Positions 1 to 11,620 of a stretch of 64,000 nt of DNA are shown in pieces. The notes below the pieces were generated by a model. That model was not told where the DNA came from. It searched no databases and worked only from the letters and a program-made list of their open reading frames with translations. Numbering within the stretch: the stretch's first letter is position 1; every line of letters starts with the position of its first letter. Source of the DNA: Basidiobolus meristosporus CBS 931.73 (lineage: Eukaryota > Fungi > Basidiobolomycota); contig MCFE01000089.1 of assembly GCA_002104905.1 (NCBI GenBank), forward strand, positions 1 through 64,000, in the 5' to 3' direction. Both the position numbers and the translations under genes were made by a program.

Positions 1-1938
1 TCGACTATTTGACCCGAAAGAATGCTCTGTGACTAGTGATCTCGATAACCAACCGTTCTGTTAATATTTTCTACGCCGCTGCTTAATAAACCACATGTCT
101 CAAGTCACTCAGCAGATGTGTCTATCATTCAACTATTTAGGATTTTCTTTCCAAAGCGCACATTGGGAACCCCGGGCTTGGAAAGTTTTTTGAAGGGAAT
201 CGCACTTTAGTAGCTCGACAAGGGCTATGTGTATCATGCATGCATTTTATCATTAGACTTTATGAAGAGGTTACAGATCTGTGCCTCATCCTTCTTTTGC
301 CGGCTCTTCCGCTTCTATTCACACCAATCACCAACCTTGGCTGCTCCCTTGCATCGAAAATGTTTATACAGCTTTGACCAATTCAAGCCCTTACATGACT
401 AGTATACGAGCATAGCTAATGAAAATCGTGGTCTGTGACATAAAGGATCTTTATATGATACTAGTTACTCAATATGGCCGAGTTATATAGGCCTCATCCA
501 ATACAAGTTTTGTCTGATTAATGTATGGTATTCTGATGCACATGAATCTTTGGTCGGGAAATATATGGAGACTACCATGCAAATGCTCGTTAATTTCTCT
601 GACTTCCAACTTCAGGCATACATGGTAAGGTGATGTACCTAGAGTGACTCATCCGTGAAGTGCAGCCAATCGCTCTTATCAGTGATGGATTTTGGCTATT
701 TGATTAGAAAGCTAGCAGTAAATTATGGCTATTATTTAGTTTGACACCCAATTTGTTCATATGTCTCTAGGTTATACCTGGCTAATTGCTAAATTTTATA
801 TTATTGGCGTGATGTTTAGTTAGCTGGAGCTCAGGAACTCCTCTCCAACCAGCCTTACTATTAGTTTTACAAATTTCCCAAAGCATAGATACTTTATCAA
901 TAAATCAACAAGTGTGGACCGTACCAGTATTTTGGTTCTCCAAAATCACCCTCAATACTCCTCCAAAACCCTGCAGCAAAATCAATACATACTCAAGCAT
1001 ACCGCAGCCAAACCTAAATTTGTGCAGTAAACCTTGAATAGCATGGGTCATAGCAATACATTATCATCAGCATGCCTAAGTACACAAATGATGGATACTG
1101 TGCCACTGAAAGTCAGTAGTTCAGAAGCTGAACACGGATTGGCCAGTAATTTGGTATCTAGGTAGAAAGTTGTAAAAAGTTTCGGAAACATCTTTGATTA
1201 TCTGAGGTGCCCGGATGACTTTGAGAGTGCTCTATTTTCTTTGCGGTGCATAATTTTGAAGATGAGAAGGCCTTGCAAAATGTTTCAAGTCTGGACTTGA
1301 TACAGGAATGATCAGATGCTAAGCTAACTATTTATCATCAGTAGTTAGCAAGCTATATTCAATCATTAGTCCAAGAGAGCCTTGCACTGTACTCTATGAT
1401 TCATTTGATTATTTTAAGAGGAAACAATGCACTGTAATAGGCACCTGACTATACCACCTAGATTCATTAAACCTTTGAAGCAGATGCTGCAAATCTTGCA
1501 CTAACCTCGGGTATACAATAAATCGCTAGTTACTTGAAAATGTATTGCTAAACAATTATCCACTACTGACAAACATTCAAAACAATGTAAACCAGGGACA
1601 GGAGAGTTCCGGTCGCGTCCTTAAGTGCATTTGAACCTAGCCTCATCAGCCACGGTAGATGCGCAAGAGTATTGATTCATGTTTACGCAATTAAGACCAT
1701 ATTTAGACGTGTTTGGTGCATACATTAGATATGGATTCTTCGGATTGAAACCTATCGATCTCGATCAATCGATTAACTTCGTCGCATTCCAAGAATAACG
1801 TGGATTATATCCAATGTTAGGATGAGGCTTTGTTTCAAGAAGCATAGCTTATGTATGCAGCCTTTTAATATTTAACAATTGCCGAGCTTTAAACCTTTCA
1901 TTGATCCTCCAAAGTAAATCTTAATCGGATACTCTAAC

Positions 1939-3308
1939 ATGCTGGGCTTGATTGTACTAGCATTTGCTTGCTACTACTCATTCACCAATAAACCTGACCG
2001 AGATTCCTTCCGTAACTTCATAACCAGTGGGGAGACAAACGAAGCTTCTAGTTCTAAAGGGTGGTTCAGCAAAGTTGTTAGCAAAATACGTATTGCTCCA
2101 GACTTTCAGTATTACGACTATGTCCTTTTCTCCTACGTTACCCTATCCGATGGAAGTGCACATTTTCTCGGTTGGGGAAATCGTTGGTGGTTAATGTCCA
2201 GGTTGGTGGACCAAAAACTAAAAACCTCGGAAGGTGATAAGTCCATAGTTGATGTGCTGGAGCTTGCCGAGCTTGAAAAGCAGAAGGCTCATAAAGCCAA
2301 ACTGAAGCGAAACTGTAGGTCTATCTAACGGAAGTACGGTGTCGGTTTTGCTTATTAATCATTGTTACTAGACGTCGAAGCAGCACAGTGTTTCCTTAAA
2401 GCGGCGCATATTCTTAAAGAGCAAAATGATGAGGGAAGTAACTATGAGCAAGCAGTATGTTTCGAGGAAGCATATAAGGCTTTTAAGCAAGGAAATGAAC
2501 TGGGTAAAGTATCGGTCGTTAGCTATGGGTGTAGCAATTTGATTCACAAGCTCAACCTCTTTCGACATCTATAGAGAAAGGATTGAGCTATCTTGAGCAA
2601 GCGGCCAATAAATTCCTCACTTCTACCAGCAGGGCTACACGTGGCGCTAGGCTATACGACCAGCTTGGAGAACACTACAGTTCTCTGGGTAAAAAAAATC
2701 AGTCCCGTCAGGAGTTGGTAAAAGCATGTAAAATGTACGCAAAAGCCGCAGAGTCCTACGAAGTGGAGGGAGACAGGTAGGTTGCTTACTAGCTTCATAT
2801 ACAGTTTTCATCATGGCCATAACATATAGCTATACAGTCGGTCGGTATACTCTATTGCACACCAAGCGGAGTTGGCTAGTCAACTGGAACTTTACAAAGA
2901 AGCAATTCACTGCTATGACAAGATCATTCCGGTTGCATCAGAGGATCGGCTACTTCAATTCAAGCTAAAAGACTACTTGTTTTCATACTGCCTGTGTGTA
3001 TTGGCAAAAGATGGATGGGATGAGTTTGCCACTTCCTTCCGATGCCATCAGGACCTACACCCTGTGTTCAATTCAACTCGTGAATCGCAATTATTACTTG
3101 TAAGCTGCCTCCTGCTTATCCGACACGCATTATTCTGAAATTAATGTTTTCTACTCAATAGGACTTAATCGAAGCCAAGAACGGCTTTGATTTGGAGAAA
3201 TATGAGAAGACGCTTTCGCATTATGCCAATCTATCTCCATTGCCAGGATGGCAGCTCAGTATATTGACCAAAGTAAAGACAGAAATCCAGCAAGAAGATC
3301 TTCGTTAG
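1939..3308 (+). CDS. Alpha-SNAP/Sec17-like TPR protein with extra N-terminal hydrophobic anchor and ~100-aa unknown domain (372 aa, 5 exons)
   Basis: Exons 1939-2314, 2372-2503, 2575-2776, 2838-3099, 3162-3308 join in frame across four GT-AG introns (1119 nt). SNAP-like segments KRNYVEAAQCFLKAA, LEQAANKF, LLQFKLKDYLFSYCLC, FNSTRESQLL and a C-terminus ...EIQQEDLR like alpha-SNAP ...EEDLR. N-terminus MLGLIVLAFACYYSF; in-frame stop upstream at 1915. Confidence 0.85.
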
Positions 3309-3861
3309 CTTACTGTAGCTTTTGCACAAGACTCCAGCCTGACCAGCACTACTTATTGCTAGCGTGATGACAAAGAATTAACCATTAATCCACGATAAAT
3401 CCATGTGATTTGGCCCATTGCTATATGGGCAATGCTATCTGTATGCTTTGCACATCCCATTATTTAATTATTAAAATCCGAATTTCCTTACTTGCGTGTT
3501 TCCCTCCAGAAACCTCTAGAGGAGAGGTCCATTATTCTTACGTTTCAAACCAATGTTCATATAAGGTCACTTATCCCCAATGATAGCCTATATGTAACCT
3601 TACATTTCACCTGGTGTATGATACGTGGAATACTTGAGAATGTATTATACGGTGAAATATCGTTCGTTATTTTCTCACCAATCATACTTGCGACTTTGTT
3701 TTACATCAGAAGCAAGGCGATTGGTCAAAGTATATACCTGATTGGAGTGAGTACATACATTGATCCCCTGTCAAAGAATTATTAATGGAGTCTGAACGGT
3801 CTCCGACATGAGTAGACTTTCCGAATTTGAGCAATCGCATGGTTGATGACATAGTTCCACA

Positions 3862-4046
3862 ACCTGGAAGGTCGCTGATTTGAAGCCCTGTATAGACCGG
3901 TTATGGTACAGACGTAGCCTGTAGGGTGCTCACTTCATTATATTATTGATGTACTCATCGCCGAGCAATCCTTATATTTGGAAGGTTCTACAATGAAAAT
4001 GTACATCATTACGGTTCAGTTATGATTTGTTCATGACCGAGAAGGT
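3862..4046. promoter_or_regulatory. Cluster of ZRE-like elements upstream of ZIP copy 1
   Basis: ACCTGGAAGGT (3862-3872), GCCTGTAGGGT (3917-3927), ACCGAGAAGGT (4036-4046); resemble the yeast Zap1 site ACCYYNAAGGT. Confidence 0.5.
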
Positions 4047-4256
4047 ACTCGATATAGATGGGATTGAAATACGTAGGGGTACTGCTGCATGGAGAGGCCA
4101 ATCTTTGTATACTACTTATCAATACATCCAAATTAAGATGAGACGAAAGAAGGGACAAAACTACAACTATAGAGCATATGGATCGTCGCTAATGGAACAA
4201 GCAGGACTGACGCCCAGCCCGGCCCTATGTGACTCAAACTTGAGTGGTTGGAAATC

Positions 4257-4264
4257 TATAAAAA
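4257..4264 (+). promoter_or_regulatory. TATA box of ZIP copy 1
   Basis: TATAAAAA 67 bp upstream of ATG 4331; the same TCTATAAAAA context occurs upstream of copy 2. Confidence 0.55.
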
Positions 4265-4330
4265 CCACACACCGACAGCGCTGAACACCAAGCAATTATT
4301 CTGTATCTGAACTACTAAAAGTATCCTATC

Positions 4331-5516
4331 ATGGAAAACCGCAAGGTAGTCAAGGGAGTTATCACGTCCACCCTCATTCTCATAATGGCAACCGCCGTAG
4401 CTGCCCAAGATGTTGCAGTCGTACCCAAGCATGCTGGTATGTGTAAATCTTCTTGTGTTTCGCTTTCTCACAGTTGGGCTAACCTGAAATTCTTTTTGCT
4501 TCTTGATCTCTCCAGGCCCAAGCCATGGTGACCATGACCATGATCACGAAGACTCCGAGGCCTGTGCTGCCGAAGAAATTGTCAACTACCAGATGCCACT
4601 CCACATTGCCTCCATCTTCATCATTATGATTACAAGTGCGCTCGGGGTGTTCTCCTCCTTAATCCTGAGCAGATTCCCAGCTCACAAAGTAACCTCCTCC
4701 GTGATCAACATCGGCAAATACTTCGGCACCGGGGTTATCCTCGCGACTGGATTCATCCACATGTTCCCAGGCGCCTTGTTTGCCTTGACGAACCCCTGTG
4801 TTCCCAAAGCAATCAGCGCCAACTACACGTCCTTTGCCGGACTGTTTGCGATGTTTGCCGCTCTTGTGTTGCAAGCTATTGAATATAATGCCAATTGGTA
4901 TTATAATAGACACCTATGCAGCTCCGACAACTACGAAGTCAAACAAGCTGAAGGAAGCGCCTCCGAGGTGAAGGAAGATGCTAGACATATCCATGATCAT
5001 TGTCATGCCCATGGAGGTCTTATTGATTTCGAAAACCGCAGAATCTCTACTTATTTACTTGAGCTTGGTATCGCTTTGCACTCGGTCTTAATCGGTATCT
5101 CCGTTGGGGTGGCCTCTGGCTCCGAGTTCATCCCTCTACTTATCGCCGTGGTGTTCCACCAGTTCTTCGAAGGCCTTGCTCTGGGTGCTCGTATCGGTGA
5201 GCTTCCGTACACCAACAGAATGATCCCCTATCTCTCAGCGCTGTTCTACACCGTCATTACACCCATTGGTGTTGCGATCGGAGTGGGCATTCATGAAACA
5301 TACAATGCCAACTCAGCAACTAATCTGCTGGTTAATGGGATCTTTGACTCCATCTCAGCGGGGATTTTGATCTATATGGCATTTGTGAACCTGATTGCCA
5401 CTGACTTCCAGAACAACCCGAAGTTCATGAGTGAGAAAGGGTCTATGAAGCTGGTCTATTTCATCTCGATGTGGCTGGGCGCTGGCATCATGGCATTGAT
5501 CGGCTTGTGGGCCTAA
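4331..5516 (+). CDS. ZRT1: ZIP-family (Zrt1-like) zinc/iron permease, copy 1 (368 aa, 2 exons)
   Basis: Exons 4331-4436 and 4516-5516 (intron GTATGT...CCAG). Signal peptide, His-rich HGDHDHDHED, TM4 motif LELGIALHSVLIG, TM5 motif FHQFFEGLALG. Confidence 0.93.
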
Positions 5517-7164
5517 CCACAGATCTGCAGGCGAGCAACTTAAATCTTCCCAAATTTCATTAGATAATCCCGTAACTTAGTTATGCATTAAAAACATGGC
5601 CAAGTAAATGAACCATATAATCTACTCAATAAACATTTGCATTTTCTAAAAGCAATTACTTCTTTCGCCACGAGTCGCTTCACAGATACCCATAGATCCT
5701 ACCAGCAGTTACACAACTCCAGTTTTATCAGTGGCAAATGCCAATGACTGTCATTGCTGGGCGGCATCGCCCCAACTTACAAAATAATCCACCCAAGCCA
5801 GGTAAATAGAAACCAGTTACTAGATTTGGAAGGATGTGTTCCCAAGCGCAGATTGCTCATCTCAGGTCAGGGGAACTCCATAAAATCATCGGAATTGGTT
5901 AAGTTAATTTCATAGTCTGACCGGTCAAGAATTTTCTCAAGTCGCCAGAAACTTCAGCTACATTTCAATCATGGGGATTCGTCGCAGGGCGATTTGGAAC
6001 AGATATGATAACAAAAAAGGTGGATTTCGCAGGGATGTGTTTCACGCTTTTATTTTGGATTAAACATGCTAGAAAACTATGTGCACTGAAAATGAGGTTA
6101 TATTATACAATAGTCGATTTCATTAATGGACCAATCTATGCCCATAGGCCAATCAATGCCATGATTCCGGCACCCAGCCACATCGCTATGTAATAGACCA
6201 GCTTCATAGATCCTCGCTCACTCATGAACTTCGGGTTGTTCTGGAAGTCAGGTGCAATCAGGTTCACTAATGCCATATAGATCAAAATCCCCGCTGAGAT
6301 GGAGTCAAAGATCCCATTAACCAGCAGATTAGTTGCTGAGTTGGCATTGTATGTTTCATGAATGCCCACTCCGATTGCAACACCAATGGGTGTAATGACG
6401 GTGTAGAACAGCGCTGAGAGATAGGGGATCATTCTGTTGGTGTACGGAAGCTCACCGATACGAGCACCCAGAGCAAGGCCTTCGAAGAACTGGTGGAACA
6501 CCACGGCGATAAGTAGAGGGATGAACTCGGAGCCAGAGGCCACCCCAACGGAGATACCGATTAAGACCGAGTGCAAAGCGATACCAAGCTCAAGTATATA
6601 GGTGGAGACTCGGCGATTCTCGATATCTATTAGGCCCCCATGAGCATGGCAATGATCAGTCACATCACAGGTATCTTCTTTTGCCTCGGCGGTAGTGACG
6701 TGGCCGTGTAAATGCTCTTGATTTGTTGCATGTTGGCTGTAGTACCATCTTGCAATATATTCAATGGCCTGCAACATAAGAGCGGCAAACATCGCAAACA
6801 ATCCGGCAAAGGACGTGTAGTTGGCGCTGATTGCTTTGGGAACACAGGGGTTCGTCAAGGCAAACAAGGCGCCTGGGAACATGTGGATGAATCCAGTCGC
6901 GAGGATAACCCCGGTGCCGAAGTATTTGCCGATGTTGATCACGGAGGAGGTTACTTTGTGAGCTGGGAATCTGCTCAGGATTAAGGAGGAGAACACCCCG
7001 AGCGCACTTGTAATCATAATGATGAAGATGGAGGCAATGTGGAGTGGCATCTGGTAGTTGACAATTTCTTCGGCAGCACAGGCCTCGGAGTCTTCGTGAT
7101 CATGGTCATGGTCACCATGGCTTGGGCCTGGAGAGATCAAGAAGCAAAAAGAATTTCAGGTTAG
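4479..7164. repeat. Inverted repeat formed by the two ZIP genes
   Basis: 4479-4841 is a perfect 363-bp reverse complement of 6802-7164. 5057-5383 matches 6269-6595 with one mismatch. Spacer between the stop codons is 5517-6135. Confidence 0.95.
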
Positions 7165-7307
7165 TCCAACTGAAGGTGAATCTGGCGAGGATGGCGGTAC
7201 ATACCGGCATGTTTTGGAGCAATCGTAGTAGTTTGAGCTAAAGTCGTGGTGACAAAGAGGACCAGCACCGAAAGTGCAAGTAAACTATTAAATCTTGCAA
7301 TAGGCAT
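6136..7307 (-). CDS. ZRT1: ZIP-family (Zrt1-like) zinc/iron permease, copy 2 (364 aa, 2 exons)
   Basis: Exons 7307-7205 and 7127-6136 (intron 7204-7128, GTATGT...CCAG). N-terminus MPIARFNSLLALSVLVLFVTTTLAQ; same ZIP motifs as copy 1. Confidence 0.93.
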
Positions 7308-7356
7308 CTTGGGAGTATAATAAGTAAGATATCAAACTTACTGAAGGAGGGTGGTA

Positions 7357-7849
7357 ACCTCACGGGTAGTCCGGCATCTTTTTATAGAGATCGGACTTGG
7401 AGCCATTCTAGGATAAGAAAGTGAGCATCCAATAGAGTAAGAAGATGTGGGCTTCAATTGGCTACGATATTATGTGATTTGAAAAAGCGGTTTTCTGAAA
7501 TTTATGTTGCTTTCCTGATTGAGATCTCTTATTGATATGGAGATGACGTTAATGAGGTATTAAGGGATATCATTTATGTACCACTTAACAGCCATCGTAT
7601 CCTATACCGGCAGAAACCTGTAATCCCATTCGTTTAATTAGGCTAGGAACTGAGCATCGGAGTAGGATGAGTACCTGTTGGGTTATCAGAAGATCCCATG
7701 GTTGCGATTATGCGTAAGTTTTGGTCAGAACAAATCGGCTCTATACTTCGTGGAATCTTCCACCGACTGGTATGGTCTGACAAATGATATTTATTATTCT
7801 TTGATCATCTGAGTTGAATAGTAAAAGACCGTGTCAGTACCCTACAGGT
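7357..7849. promoter_or_regulatory. Cluster of ZRE-like elements upstream of ZIP copy 2
   Basis: ACC-N5-GGT 11-mers at 7357 (ACCTCACGGGT), 7673 (ACCTGTTGGGT) and 7839 (ACCCTACAGGT; minus strand ACCTGTAGGGT). Confidence 0.5.
7379..7386 (-). promoter_or_regulatory. TATA box of ZIP copy 2
   Basis: TATAAAAA on the minus strand, 72 bp upstream of ATG 7307. Confidence 0.55.
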
Positions 7850-7999
7850 TAATGATGCGATCCCATGGATGCAATGCCAACCTGTCACACAAAACTTGCC
7901 AACTTCAAAACCAGGGTTGATGGTCTTAGAACCGCAAACATCAGTCTCTCGTGATTCCTTTTGAATATACTTCGGAGTAGCTAGCAGTTCTCTTTTTTG

Positions 8000-10400
8000 G
8001 ATTTTTTGAGCTTACCTGATAGACAGCAAGCATGTGTAGTGCATGGGCTTGTTTGAAACGATAGTAAACGCATTTTCTGTTCCCATCGATGCAATGGAGG
8101 CGGCTCTTGGTTGCACACTATGATCTTCCCTCGAGTACCCTTGCGGTAAAAGATCAATATATTCGTAATACTCCGTATACACTTGAGCTTTGTATACAAA
8201 TGAGTACTTTAATTTGAACAAAGTGTACGATATTTCCAAAAAGGAGCTTATCTAGTCAACACCTATGTTTGGCTGATTTCAGCCTGGGCTAGTTGAGGAT
8301 TACAGGAGAAGGAATCACTGTTCCGATTTTCATATTAGGAGATTTCAAGCTAATTTCAGATTAAGATGTGATAATTACTAAATATTCTTGGAGGGCCAAT
8401 GGAATCCGAAGAAACCGGATCATGACACCAACTAGCACCAACCAATTGTCAACAACCGAGAGATTTCCTGGAGGGCTCGGTTTTCGCAAAAGGTAAGTAA
8501 CGAGGAGGAAGATCAGGCCATTGGGTCGTATGTTACGTATGTTACTGTTCTCGATTACAAGTTGATGGATATTTGTCTGACTAGCTCCTTAATCCATATT
8601 TCTTACTTCCACCTCCTTGTTTACACATGCTGGATAATCCACAATCCTGCAGCAGTTGACCAAGATATGATCGTTCTTCGTAGCATAGGTAATTTAATTA
8701 GGGTAGGGTGTTTAATTTGGTTGAACTCTATATTTGTCTGAAGCACGAAACTTTGGGTGATTATTAGCCGATAAAGATCATCCCAGCACTAGTATACCCT
8801 CTTTTACATACAGATTCATATACTTGACCGACCCTACCTGGTTACCAATACTATCAAGACTCTAGAGAAGTATGTTTAGCTATCATCTACCATACGAGGG
8901 ATGAAGGCGTGAAGGCCTGAGTCTATGTATAAAGGTTGTAATAATCATTCACACATAAACCACTTTTGTGATGCAGGGCTCTTTAAATTTGTAATTTCGG
9001 GCGTGAGTATCGTAACTCATCTCGAATTATAGGTATTTGGTGAAATATTGTTATTCATTGGGATTTAACATCGGTGGGTACTTTCTTGAGGTTATTGATT
9101 CTGTAACCTTTGTCACAATGCCCAAGGCTAAAAGCACGATTTTACTGGAGCGATGCGTGTTAATCTATGGGATAGTACAGAATACGTAATGATGTATCTG
9201 TGGAGTATTATATTGAGGGGAGAGCGATTGGAAATATCGAAGGAGTTGGGTTACTAACTTTTTGATCTATTGACCAAAACAATGGAAATATAGGTTTAAC
9301 GGAGCTTCAGAAAATGACCTACATAAATGTGCCATCAAAGACCTTGGCAGGGAGATATTCAATAACGTTTGTGAACAGTGAGGACCTACTATATGTTACT
9401 ATATTTTGGTTGCCCAAGAGTTGAAACTGGTAGATTACTTTGTCCAGATCATTCTCATTTGCTGGTTTGTTGAATATATGGAAGTATCTGTATATTTGTT
9501 AGAACATCATACAGCCGAATGCAGGAATGTGCTGTGGAATGTTAAATAAAGATATATGCCAAGTCAGAGATATCTTGTTTACTTCCAAGTATTAGCACTA
9601 AGAAAACGGGATAGATCGCAAGCTTTCCTCGATATATATATATATACTGGTTTTCCTGCCTTTTCACTGCACGCTCTTGATGACACCACTTAATGTTGAA
9701 GATAGCTAGTGGTTATCGCAAGCCAACCTGGGGATTTCAAAATGACTGAAACCAAAAGTAGAAAGTGAGGTACTTACTTGATTGAGTTGAAATAAGTAAT
9801 TAGACTTTAGGTAAGACTTTGTACATGTAGTATGTTATATATAAACCTTGGGATTGCTTAGAAAAGCATCAAGTTTGTGGTAATATCAGGACTATACGCA
9901 ATTCAAAGAATAGTAAGCATTAAATACCGCTTGCTGTCAAATAATACTCCAGACTCCTTTTTTGTATAATTCTGGTGGGAAAATAATATTTTACAAAAGG
10001 ATGCAGGTAGCTTTGTATAATTTGGGTTCATTTATAGGTGATTGGAAGTTCTCATAACTTCTAAGACTTCACAGATACAAAGAATTAGGCAACATATTAC
10101 AATGTGTACAATGATGTGTTTTCACCAAGCTTCAAAATGGCTGGCTTCCAGAACATGATATTTCCCAAAGTTATCCAAGATACCACATACGTTGTACAAA
10201 AGCTCTTAGGGCATTTATAAATATGTGCTATGCGTTTTACCAATAAATTGAAAAGCATAAATACAATTCCCACATTCAACTATTCAGTAGGTGAATACTG
10301 TATAACACAATAATTCCTTAGTTGATTCTCAGAATCTTTAAAAACCCCGCAACAAACGAAGGGTTAGTACCATACAACAATTAAGCCGTATTTTATATAG
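8000..10400 (-). pseudogene. Possible decayed leucine-rich-repeat gene
   Basis: Scattered LRR-like peptides in different minus frames, separated by stops: TKLPASF (~10000), EYLPAKVFDG (~9350), ILTPEITNLKS (~8990), NIEFNQIKHPTLIKLPMLRR (~8700), TNIHQLVIENSNIRNIRPNG (~8550). No intact ORF. Confidence 0.3.
9632..9646. repeat. (AT)n microsatellite
   Basis: atatatatatatata. Confidence 0.9.
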
Positions 10401-10619
10401 AGCTCTGGATAAATGAGTAGTCTATTCGTCAAAGTAGAAGGCCTCTATCTCGTACCTCAGGCCTTCATAAGTGGCAAAGATTACATCTTTTGCTGGTTCA
10501 AAATGACATTTTAATGGTGTCCATCAGAGACTTCTACGGGTTAGCCTCTAGATAACTCTTAGCCATGATACATCGGTACCCTACTGACCAATACAGCTAA
10601 AATTTGATTTGCAGAGTAT

Positions 10620-11620
10620 TGATTAATAATTTGATGGAAAAGATGAGCGAGATACCCAGGATGAAACCGTAGAAACGCATTTCCCATCTTTCTGTAGATA
10701 TAACGTCATGGTAAGATGTCAAATTATCTAGAAGATTATTAGCGGCATCAACTGAACCTAAAGATATAACAAATGGAGCACATGTTGTTTTGTCGAAACA
10801 AGATTCTACTTATTTTTATGGGTCTCATAATCTTCCACCACTTCAGGTTATGGATAGTTATCACTTTACCGTCAACCCCTACAAAACCTCTCCATCCGGC
10901 AAGCCTTGTTGTGCTGCATGAAGAAATGAATGCTTTGATCCTGTGATCACTGTAGGCGCAGACAAAGATTCTCCTACTCTTTGTTGTCTTTTTCGTAGTG
11001 AAGTGAGCGCCATATGAGTTACCAACACTAGCAACTATATCGGTGGTGGGCATATCATATGGTTAGTAGCAGCGCTTGGTCACCTACATAATAGGATCAC
11101 TGTTGTATTCCTTCTGTAACCGATCACTAACAGTATCTATTCTCAGGATACAAGCAGTGTGATAGTCCGCTAAAGTCTTGAACTCTTGGCCAATAGGATG
11201 CAGCTTTCACGGGACTTTCTTAACATTAGGCAGGCCAGCACCTAGCCATTGATTCGTCAACTCGGCAAATGCAATGACAGTCCAGGAGCCAATGCTACTT
11301 GCATAAGCATTAATTCTCTGCATGCTAGTGCGAAAGTGCTCCAAAGGAAGGAAGAACAACAAATGATCCAATGGCGAGGCATTTTCAGCACTTTTTATAT
11401 TTAATCGAGCTTTCGAGGAGGCAAAACCATCATCAGGTTCACCTGTCCGGGAGTCAGTATATACTTCCCTAGTTGTCCACACATTTGCAGCAGTGGGGTC
11501 AATTTCATCTTCCTCTTGCTCCTCTTCTTGGATAGCACCCTCCAAAAGGTCTTCGGTAACAATATTCTCGTTAGTATTGGCAGCTATATGTCCAATGTTT
11601 CTCAAGATAGCGTTATGCTA
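10620..11620 (-). mobile_element. Degenerate, internally deleted piggyBac-like transposase
   Basis: SPLDHLLFFLPLEHF...INAYA; QWLGAGLPNVKKVP*KLHPIGQEFKTLAD (KP.K.G motif); RIFVCAYSDHRIKAFISSC; SVDAANNLLDNLTSYHDVISTERWEMRFYGFILG (C-terminal VD..N..W motif). Stops and frameshifts throughout. Confidence 0.7.

Noticed and set aside
1-1900. Possible decayed DNA transposon (MULE-like)
   Set aside because: No motif convincing enough; only short broken frames.
8422-8900. Plus-strand mini-exon (MTPTSTNQ...GFRK, GTAAGT donor at 8493)
   Set aside because: No acceptor gives a sustained ORF; overlaps the putative LRR relic on the other strand.
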